From the NCBI GenBank assembly GCA_965228475.1, contig OZ245817.1, positions 2,656,001-2,720,000 on the forward strand: 64,000 nt of DNA, read 5' to 3'. This stretch comes from Myxococcota bacterium. GTDB lineage: Bacteria; Myxococcota_A; UBA9160; JAFDDA01. This document shows positions 42,317 through 49,887 of this stretch, piece by piece. Made by a program: the position numbers and the translations under genes. The notes below the pieces were generated by a model. That model had not been told where the DNA came from. It was given only the letters and a program-made list of their open reading frames with translations, and ran no database searches. Numbering within the stretch: the stretch's first letter is position 1; each line of letters opens with the position of its first letter.

Positions 42317-43063
42317 ATGCGCAAGTTGTTTGCAATTATGGCCGCTGGCTCGCTGTTGGTGGGCGGTGCGGTTCAGGCGGCGCCGGTGGCGACGAACATC
42401 ATCGTCACCGTCACCATCCAGGGCCTCGGCCCGATTTCGTTCTCGGGTGCTGGCACGGTTTCCGTGACCGGTAGCACCGTGTCGATCGCTGCTGGCGCCG
42501 TTTCGCTGCCGGCTCCGGTCGTCGTGCCCGTCACGGCCACCACGGCCGTCACGTCCATCACCGCCATGACCGTCAGCAACCAGGCTGGCACGTTCTCGGC
42601 CGGTGGCGTGACTGCCCAGGCTGCTGGCGAAGTTTGCCCCGGTGGCGGCCCCGCGGCTGGCGCGGCGTGCAACGCCGGCGGCGGCGTTGGCGGCATCATG
42701 GGCCTCTCGGGCTTCATCAACGTGGCCGTCATCCCGATGGTCGTCGTGATCCCGGTGGACCTGAACGCTGCTCTGCTCGGTCAGGGTGGTGCCACGGCCT
42801 CGCCGTTCACGATCGACGCCGCCGTGTTCAGCACGGGCGTCGGCTCGGTGAACTCGGGCACGAACATCATCACGTCGGCCGGTTCGTCGGGCCCGCTCAC
42901 GCTGGTCTCGCCGACCTTCGTGTCGGCCCTCGGCAACCTGCTCCCGATCTTCACGGCGATCACGTTCACGAACGTGAGCCTGCCGGTGCCGGAGCCGGGC
43001 AGCCTGCTGCTCATCGGCACGGGCATCGCGGGCCTCGCCCTTCTCGGCAGCCGCCGGAAGTAA
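42317..43063 (+). CDS. PEP-CTERM surface protein, tandem copy 1
   Basis: Signal peptide ending AVQA, mature region rich in G/A/S/T/V with almost no charge, C-terminus VPEPGSLLLIGTGIAGLALLGSRRK. RBS GAGGAG. Confidence 0.93.
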   Translation: MRKLFAIMAAGSLLVGGAVQAAPVATNIIVTVTIQGLGPISFSGAGTVSVTGSTVSIAAGAVSLPAPVVVPVTATTAVTSITAMTVSNQAGTFSAGGVTAQAAGEVCPGGGPAAGAACNAGGGVGGIMGLSGFINVAVIPMVVVIPVDLNAALLGQGGATASPFTIDAAVFSTGVGSVNSGTNIITSAGSSGPLTLVSPTFVSALGNLLPIFTAITFTNVSLPVPEPGSLLLIGTGIAGLALLGSRRK

Positions 43064-43107
43064 GCGGGCTCTTGCCCTCGCTGGCTCTTCGAGCTGGCGG
43101 TGACTCT

Positions 43108-43147
43108 GGAACGGCCATCCCCTTCGGGGGGTGGCCGTTCCCTTTTT
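43108..43147 (+). terminator. Intrinsic terminator after copy 1
   Basis: ggaacggccatcccc-TTCG-gggggtggccgttcc followed by cttttt. Confidence 0.9.
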
Positions 43148-43366
43148 CGGTCAGCCGGACCGAAAGAGCCAGCAGGGAGCGGCTAGCGACGGCCTGATCC
43201 CCGCGGGGCGTCCATGTTGCCAAAAACCCGCTGAATCGAGAAGAAAAGTGCTCCGGTCGGTGACACATCCCGATTCCCAGGGCCACCTACTCCCTGCATA
43301 CCGGTTTCGGTCCGCTGCGCGCCCCGTAGGCGTTCGCGGCCGCCGGTCAGAGGAGTGGAAACTATC

Positions 43367-44110
43367 ATGCGTAAGTTGTTTGCAATCATGGCCGCGGGCT
43401 CGCTCTTGGTGGGCGGCGCGGTTCAGGCGGCGCCGGTGGCGACGAACATCATCGTCACCGTCACCATCCAGGGCCTCGGCCCGATTTCGTTCTCGGGTGC
43501 TGGCACGGTTTCCGTGACCGGTAGCACCGTGTCGATCGCTGCTGGCGCCGTTTCGCTGCCGGCTCCGGTCGTCGTGCCCGTCACGGCCACCACGGCCGTC
43601 ACGTCCATCACCGCCATGACCGTCAGCAACCAGGCTGGCACGTTCTCGGCCGGTGGCGTGACTGCCCAGGCTGCGAGCGAGCTCTGCGGCGGCGGCCCCG
43701 GCGCGGGCGTTGCCTGCAACGCCGGCGGTGGCGTTGGCGGCATCATGGGCCTCTCGGGCTTCATCAACGTGGCCGTCATCCCGATGGTCGTCGTGATCCC
43801 GGTGGATCTGAACGCTGCTCTGCTCGGCCAGGGTGGTGCGACGAACTCCCCGTTCACGATCGACGCCGCCGTGTTCAGCACGGGCGTCGGCTCGGTGAAC
43901 TCGGGCACGAACATCATCACGTCGGCCGGTTCGTCGGGCCCGCTCACGCTGGTCTCGCCGACCTTCGTGTCGGCCCTCGGCAACCTGCTCCCGATCTTCA
44001 CGGCGATCACGTTCACGAACGTGAGCCTGCCGGTGCCGGAGCCGGGCAGCCTGCTGCTCATCGGCACGGGCATCGCGGGCCTCGCCCTTCTCGGCAGCCG
44101 CCGGAAGTAA
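43367..44110 (+). CDS. PEP-CTERM surface protein, tandem copy 2 (near-identical to copy 1)
   Basis: Same protein as 42317..43063 except for the Cys-bounded loop and one A/N change. RBS GAGGAG. Confidence 0.93.
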   Translation: MRKLFAIMAAGSLLVGGAVQAAPVATNIIVTVTIQGLGPISFSGAGTVSVTGSTVSIAAGAVSLPAPVVVPVTATTAVTSITAMTVSNQAGTFSAGGVTAQAASELCGGGPGAGVACNAGGGVGGIMGLSGFINVAVIPMVVVIPVDLNAALLGQGGATNSPFTIDAAVFSTGVGSVNSGTNIITSAGSSGPLTLVSPTFVSALGNLLPIFTAITFTNVSLPVPEPGSLLLIGTGIAGLALLGSRRK

Positions 44111-44155
44111 GCGGGCTCTTGCCCTCGTCGGCTCTTCGAGCCGGCGGTGACTCTG

Positions 44156-44193
44156 GAACGGCCATCCCCTTCGGGGGGTGGCCGTTCTCTTTT
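44156..44193 (+). terminator. Intrinsic terminator after copy 2
   Basis: Same UUCG hairpin as 43108-43147, followed by tctttt. Confidence 0.88.
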
Positions 44194-44360
44194 CCCGGAC
44201 CCGGCGCCCTCGGCAACGCTCAAGGTGACGCGTCTCGCGGCCGAAACTGCCCGAGAAACCGATGGAACCCGCGGGCTTGCCCCGGGCGGGTTTTGGCTAG
44301 ACTGCTCCGTTCGCCAATCCGCGCCGCCTCGTAGCGGCGCCGCCAAAGGAAAGCCGCCTG

Positions 44361-45776
44361 ATGAGTCGCGCCCGGTTGCTGATCGTTCTCGCCTGCGTCG
44401 CCCTGATCGGCTTCGGACTGCTCCGCTCCCTCGAGCTCCGTGGACCCGACCGCCCCGAGGGCACCTTCGAGGACATCGAGTCCCTCCGCGAGCGGGACGA
44501 CCTCAACCTCATCGTGATCCTGATCGATACCCTGCGCGCGGACCGCATGTCGGCCTACGGCTACGAGCGCCCGACGACTCCGGTGCTCTCGGCCATGGCC
44601 CAGTCGGGCGTTCTCTTCGAGCACACCCTGGCCCAGTCCACCTGGACCAAGACGTCCATGGCTTCGCTGCTGACGGCCACCTACCCCTCCACGAACAAGA
44701 TCACCCGCTTCAACCACGGCGTTCCGGATGGCGCGACCCTGCCGACGGAGATGCTGCAGCGCGCCGGGTACCGCACCGTCGGCCTCTGGAGAAACGGCTG
44801 GGTGTCGCCGAACTTCGGCTTCGACCAGGGATACGACGTCTATCTGAAGCCCTTCCCGAAGGACCTCGGGGCAGCCGAGAACCCCTCCGCAGCCGGCCTG
44901 CTCGGGACGGACCAGACGCTGATCGAATCCGCCGCCCAGTTCCTGCGCAACAACCAGGACGAGCGCTTCTACCTCTACCTGCACATGATGGACGTGCACC
45001 AGTACGTGTACGACGGCTCGGTCAACTTCGGGAACACCTACTCGGACATCTACGACCAGTCGATCCGCTTCGTCGACGCCCAGGTCGGGACGCTGATCGC
45101 GCATCTGCAGCAGCTCGGGCTGATGAAGAAGACCGTCATCGCGATCATCTCGGATCACGGGGAGGCCTTCCGTGAACACGGGACCGAAGGCCACGCCCGC
45201 GACCTCTACGAGCCGACGACCCGGGTTCCCTTCATCATCACCCTGCCCTTCCGTCTGAAGGAGCCGCTCGTCGTTCGCACGCCCGCCGAGAACATCGACG
45301 TCTACCCGACCCTGTTCGATCTCATCGGGATGCCTCCGATGAAGGAGGCCGACGGCAAATCGCTCGTGCCCTACATGCTCGCCGCCGCCCGGGGAGAGGA
45401 GGGGGAGCCGCACGAGTACATGGAGCCCCGCTTCTCCTACCTCGACACGCACTGGGCCCGCATGATGCAAGAGCCTGCCCCGCTGATCCTCGTCCAGCAG
45501 GGTCGCTACCGCCTCCATCAGCCTGGCGATGACAAACCCGAGCTCTTCGACGCCCTCGAGGACCCCGGCGAGCAGCGGGACATCGTCCGTCTCAAGCCGG
45601 AACAGGCGGCGGAGCTTCAGCAACTCGCCATCGACTGGGCTGCGGCACCGGACCCGTCCTGGGGGCAGCCCTCGAACGTGACCGTCGACGAGATGGAAGC
45701 CAACCAGCTCCGCGCCCTCGGCTACGTCGTCGACCCGCACGCACCGCGGGACAAGCGCAAGATCGAACGGCAGTGA
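44361..45776 (+). CDS. Membrane-anchored sulfatase-like hydrolase/transferase (alkaline phosphatase superfamily)
   Basis: NLIVILIDTLRAD, QSTWTKTSMASLLT, HMMDVH, SDHGEAF.EHG..GH, C-terminal LRALGY. N-terminal TM helix. Confidence 0.85.
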   Translation: MSRARLLIVLACVALIGFGLLRSLELRGPDRPEGTFEDIESLRERDDLNLIVILIDTLRADRMSAYGYERPTTPVLSAMAQSGVLFEHTLAQSTWTKTSMASLLTATYPSTNKITRFNHGVPDGATLPTEMLQRAGYRTVGLWRNGWVSPNFGFDQGYDVYLKPFPKDLGAAENPSAAGLLGTDQTLIESAAQFLRNNQDERFYLYLHMMDVHQYVYDGSVNFGNTYSDIYDQSIRFVDAQVGTLIAHLQQLGLMKKTVIAIISDHGEAFREHGTEGHARDLYEPTTRVPFIITLPFRLKEPLVVRTPAENIDVYPTLFDLIGMPPMKEADGKSLVPYMLAAARGEEGEPHEYMEPRFSYLDTHWARMMQEPAPLILVQQGRYRLHQPGDDKPELFDALEDPGEQRDIVRLKPEQAAELQQLAIDWAAAPDPSWGQPSNVTVDEMEANQLRALGYVVDPHAPRDKRKIERQ

Positions 45777-45892
45777 ACCCGCGAGGCCGGCGGGCCGGCT
45801 AGCCTACGGACCGGCCGCGGAACGCCCTCCTCGCGCGGAGATCGCACGGGCGGGGCGGGAGCGGCCCGGGCCCCCCGACGAGGTTTCTGCGG

Positions 45893-47338
45893 ATGCGTCG
45901 AGACCGAGCCTGGATCGCCGCCATCGCCTGCGCAGGACTGCTCCGCGTCCTTCTCCTCGCCGCTGCCTTTCCCTACTTCCACCCGATCGACGAACACCAG
46001 CACGTCGAGACGATCCACCGCTGGTCGCGGGGCACGCTTCCCGGCCCCGAGACGAGCCGGCTCGGCGACCCGGTGGTCGACTGGGCCCTCCGCTTCGGAA
46101 CCTTCGAGTACCTCGATCCGAACCCGCCGCCGCCCTACTTCGCACGGCCCGGCTACCGGCCGGGCGTCGCCTGGGAAGGGACGGCGCGGCGCGCTTTCGA
46201 AGCCGTCGTGAACCAGGAAGCCGAGAGCCCGCCCGGCTACTACGCACCGGCGGCCCTCTGGTACCGCGTGGGCGAACTCGTTCTCTCCGATCAGGCCCTG
46301 CTGTTCTGGGTCCGTGCGCTCAACGGGTTCGCGCTCCTCGCGCTGGTCCTCCTGAGCCATGCCTGGCTCCGCCGCCGACACCCGGACGATCCTCTCCTCT
46401 ATCGCGGCGTGCCGGCCTTGATGGCCTTCCTCCCGCAGGACGCCTTCTACGGGATCGGACCGGACGGCGCCTGCGCCCTGCTCGGCGGGCTCGCCTTCAT
46501 GGCGGCCGTCGGCGCGGCAGAGGCCGACGGGACGCGCGACGGCGCGGGCCGGGATGTGCGAGCGGGCCTGCTGGCCGCCGTGGCGTTCCTCGCCAAGTAC
46601 ACGAACCTGCTCTACTTCGGGCTGCTCGGGCTCGCCTACGCCGCCCGAAGCCACGCCCACGGCGCTGCCGCCGCGGCCCGCCGGGCGGCCGCCGCCCTGG
46701 GCGTCGCCGCCCTCGCCGCCGGCGCGTGGATCGCGCGCAACCTCGCGGTCCTCGGAGACCCCTTCGGAACGGCCAGGAAGGTCGAGCACCTCGAGTGGCA
46801 GGCCCGGCCGTGGGGCGAGCTCTTCTCGCACCCGATCTTCACGCCCGCCGGGTTCGCAACCTGGTGGACGGAGACGCTCGTCCACTTCTGGCGCGGGGAG
46901 TTCCGCTGGCTCGGGGAGCCGATGACCTGGCCCGCGCTCGACACCGCGCTCTGGGCCGTGTCCTCGGCCGCCCTCGCGGCGGGGACGGTCTCCGCCTGGC
47001 GGGCCGCCCGGCGGCGGGACCGGCTCGAGCCCTTCGCCGCCCTCGCCGTGGCGGGAGGGTTCGCGACGCTCGCCGTCCTCTCCACGCGCTTCACCTTCGC
47101 GGACTGGGGGAACCCGACGCGCATGCACCCCTACTTCACGGAGGGGCGGCTCATCCTCGGGGTGCTGCTCCCCTTCGCCGTGGTCTTCGTGCGGGGCGTG
47201 GGGACACTGAGCGAACGAGTTCCGAACGGAGACCGCCTGGCAGCCTGCGCGCTCGGCTCCTGGCTCGCACTCGTCACCGCAGCGGATTTCGTGCTCGCGG
47301 CGCCCGCCTTCGCGAGCCCCTGGAACCTCTTCCCCTGA
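45893..47338 (+). CDS. GT-C fold membrane glycosyltransferase (DUF2142/ArnT-PMT-like)
   Basis: PIDEHQH after TM1, ESPPGYY, FLAKYT, EGRLI, about 10-11 TM segments. Confidence 0.7.
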   Translation: MRRDRAWIAAIACAGLLRVLLLAAAFPYFHPIDEHQHVETIHRWSRGTLPGPETSRLGDPVVDWALRFGTFEYLDPNPPPPYFARPGYRPGVAWEGTARRAFEAVVNQEAESPPGYYAPAALWYRVGELVLSDQALLFWVRALNGFALLALVLLSHAWLRRRHPDDPLLYRGVPALMAFLPQDAFYGIGPDGACALLGGLAFMAAVGAAEADGTRDGAGRDVRAGLLAAVAFLAKYTNLLYFGLLGLAYAARSHAHGAAAAARRAAAALGVAALAAGAWIARNLAVLGDPFGTARKVEHLEWQARPWGELFSHPIFTPAGFATWWTETLVHFWRGEFRWLGEPMTWPALDTALWAVSSAALAAGTVSAWRAARRRDRLEPFAALAVAGGFATLAVLSTRFTFADWGNPTRMHPYFTEGRLILGVLLPFAVVFVRGVGTLSERVPNGDRLAACALGSWLALVTAADFVLAAPAFASPWNLFP

Positions 47339-47354
47339 CCCGCCCGCGGGCGTC

Positions 47355-49172
47355 TCAGTTCCCGAGCAGCTTGGCCTGGAGCAGCCGGTTCATCCAATCG
47401 ATGATCGGCGGCACCGACTCGTTCTCCTCGGCGGTCAGCACGTCGAGGTGGGCGTAGCCTTCGACGATCACGACCTCCTGGTCCGTGCTCGCGATCGAGC
47501 CGAGGTAGTTCGCGAAGGAGGCCTCCGTGGTGGCCAGGCCGTTCGAGCCGCCGATGCCGAGCACCGGAACGTCGACGTTGGCGTTCTGGGTCACGTTCAG
47601 GAGCTCCGGTGCCCCGAGCGCGCTCGAGTCGCGGCCGAAAGACAGGTCGAGGTTCACGCGGCCGGAGACGAAGTACCACTCGCTCGAGTTCCCCGTCTCG
47701 TAGAGCGAGCGCAGGAAGACGTCGACGTCCGTGACCTCGCGCTCGACCCCCCAGCGCCCCGTCTCGCCCGGCGGCGGCTTGGGCCCGAGATCCTCGATCG
47801 CGCACCCCGTCAGGCCGAGCACGGCCGGCTGCGGGTCGAGCGGCGGACAGGTCAGCGGATCCGGGTCGCCCGCGTCGAAGCGCGGGCTGTCGTGCGGGAT
47901 CCACGTGCGCGTGACGCCCTCGTCGACGGCCAGGTAGAAGGAGCCGGGGATCAGCCCGCCGATCGGGTTGAAGAGGTTCGAGCCGTTCGCACTGAAGCCG
48001 AAGGAGGCGCTGAAGGCGGCGTTGGTGCTGAACTCGTCGTCGAGGAAGAAGCCGGCGAGCGAGCGGTTCGTCATCGGTGCCTGGAGCAGGATGCTGACGG
48101 GCAGCCCGCCGAAGATCGGCGTCTGCTGCAGGATCGAGTCCGATTCCGGGTCGAAGCTTCCGGCGACGCCGTTCAACTCGCCCGCCGCGCCGATGTCCGT
48201 GGCGTCGACGAAGCCGAACAGATCCGCCAGGAAGACGTCGCTCCCGCCCGGGGTCTCGAGGTCGGTGATGCTGTCCTGGTACGCGGTCAGGTCCGGCGCG
48301 GAAGCGGACGGTCCGCGCGTGCCGCCGCCCTCGAGCAACAGCAGGCCATCGACGAGCTCGTAGCCCGCTTCGACGCCGCCCGGCGTCACGTCGAAGTCGT
48401 AGGCCGCGAAGACGCCGGTCCAGGTCGTGCCCATCGAGTGGCCTCCGAACAGGACGAGGCCGTCCTCGCCGACGATCGCGCGCGCGGCGAGCACGAGCTC
48501 CCGCCAGTCGCGCACGTACGTGTCGACGCCCCAGTGCGCGAAGATGCCGCGCAGGTCGTCTTGCGAGAGCTTCTGGAAGTCCGAGTCGCCGTCGCCGGGG
48601 ACCGCGTCCGGAAGCGTGAACGGGCCATCGGGCCCGGGGACGCCGTCGCGGTCGATCGTGGCGTCCGGGAAGTAGAAGCGGACGCCCTCCGCGATGGCGT
48701 CGCGCATGGCCTCCTCGTCGCTCCCGGCCGCTTCCGCGCCCGCGCGCGCGTAGAGCGCGCCGCGCCGGTCCTCGAGCTGGTTCGTGCGCCGGTCCACGGC
48801 CCAGACCTCGAGATTTCCGTTCTGCTCGCGCACCAGATCCCGCGCGAGCGGGTCGAAGTTCCCGGCTCCGCCGAGGAAGCCCGGGATGAGGATCAGGATC
48901 ACGCGCGGCGGCGCGTCGGCATCGGCGAGGGCGGTGCGCACGTAGGTCACCCGGTTCAGGTCCGGTGCGTCGCCGAGGATCTGGCGGATCGGCGAGTCCG
49001 CCGGGATCGCGTACTCCTCCGCGGCGCCGGAACCCGGCGTGTGGACCTCGTTGAAGCCCGCCATCTCGAGGCGATCCTGCACGATCTCGACGGCGGGGTT
49101 GCACTGGTTCGCCCCCATCGCCGCCAGCCCGAGCACACCGACGAACAGCACGATTCGCGTTCGACCCACCAC
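47355..49172 (-). CDS. Secreted alpha/beta-fold hydrolase (possible lipoprotein)
   Basis: GTG with a GGAGG RBS 2 nt after the PEP-CTERM stop. Signal ending MGANQC, IPGFLGG oxyanion, GHSMG nucleophile, YAHLD catalytic His. Confidence 0.78.
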   Translation of the reverse strand: MVGRTRIVLFVGVLGLAAMGANQCNPAVEIVQDRLEMAGFNEVHTPGSGAAEEYAIPADSPIRQILGDAPDLNRVTYVRTALADADAPPRVILILIPGFLGGAGNFDPLARDLVREQNGNLEVWAVDRRTNQLEDRRGALYARAGAEAAGSDEEAMRDAIAEGVRFYFPDATIDRDGVPGPDGPFTLPDAVPGDGDSDFQKLSQDDLRGIFAHWGVDTYVRDWRELVLAARAIVGEDGLVLFGGHSMGTTWTGVFAAYDFDVTPGGVEAGYELVDGLLLLEGGGTRGPSASAPDLTAYQDSITDLETPGGSDVFLADLFGFVDATDIGAAGELNGVAGSFDPESDSILQQTPIFGGLPVSILLQAPMTNRSLAGFFLDDEFSTNAAFSASFGFSANGSNLFNPIGGLIPGSFYLAVDEGVTRTWIPHDSPRFDAGDPDPLTCPPLDPQPAVLGLTGCAIEDLGPKPPPGETGRWGVEREVTDVDVFLRSLYETGNSSEWYFVSGRVNLDLSFGRDSSALGAPELLNVTQNANVDVPVLGIGGSNGLATTEASFANYLGSIASTDQEVVIVEGYAHLDVLTAEENESVPPIIDWMNRLLQAKLLGN

Positions 49173-49174
49173 GA

Positions 49175-49750
49175 CTACGACCTCCGTCCGGAGGCGGCGG
49201 CCCACGCCAGCCCCGACATCAAGAAAACGGCGAGCCGGCCCGGCTCGGGGACGGCCGCGACGATCGAGACGCCGATCATCCCGCCCGTCGGCGGATCCAC
49301 GGTGAGGTCCGCGAGCAGACAGAGCTCGCCGGCACACGCGGCATCCGGCGCGAGGCTCCCGGCGACGTTCGTGACCGTGAGGTCGGCGCCGTCCACCGAG
49401 AGGTGGAGCGCCGGGATGAGGAAGCTGCCGTCCGGGAAGAGCACGCCCAGGCCCGGGTTCGCGAGGCTGCCGTCGAGGCCGATCGAGAAGCCTCCGCCGG
49501 TCAGCGCGAGGGCGACCACGTCGAGGGCCGTGTTGCTTCCGACCGGCGGCAGGGCGCCGAGCTCGAGGGTGATCGTGCCCGAAAGCGGAGACCCGCCGAT
49601 CGTGCTCTGGGCGTCGTCGACCTCGAGGAAGAGCGGCACGGCGGCGGCGGGCGCGGCGAACGCGAGCCCGAGGGCCAGCGCGGCGGCGAGCACCGTCGGC
49701 CGAGGCCAGGAGTTGGGCGGGAGCGGGAGCCGGGAACGAGCGGCAGGCAT
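49175..49750 (-). CDS. PEP-CTERM sorting-domain surface protein
   Basis: Signal peptide ending APAAA and C-terminus VPEPGRLAVFLMSGLAWAAASGRRS. Confidence 0.82.
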   Translation of the reverse strand: MPAARSRLPLPPNSWPRPTVLAAALALGLAFAAPAAAVPLFLEVDDAQSTIGGSPLSGTITLELGALPPVGSNTALDVVALALTGGGFSIGLDGSLANPGLGVLFPDGSFLIPALHLSVDGADLTVTNVAGSLAPDAACAGELCLLADLTVDPPTGGMIGVSIVAAVPEPGRLAVFLMSGLAWAAASGRRS

Positions 49751-49887
49751 GAAGACCTCTGGGGCTTCCACCTTCCCGGGTGAACGACCGTTATATCACG
49801 CCGGCGGGGCCTTTGCCGGACGGACTGCGGGGCCGCCGGGCCTTGGCCGGTTTGTCCTCTTGCCGGCTCGTTGCTACCGCAGGCCGG

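Larger units (their letters stand above)
42317..44193 (+). repeat. ~830-bp direct repeat (gene + 3' UTR + terminator), period about 1047-1050 bp
   Basis: 42317-43147 versus 43367-44193, identical over long stretches. Confidence 0.95.

Noticed and set aside
42317..44193. Diversity-generating retroelement template/variable repeat pair
   Set aside because: Both copies are complete genes, the differences are not adenine-specific and include an indel, and no reverse transcriptase is in the window.
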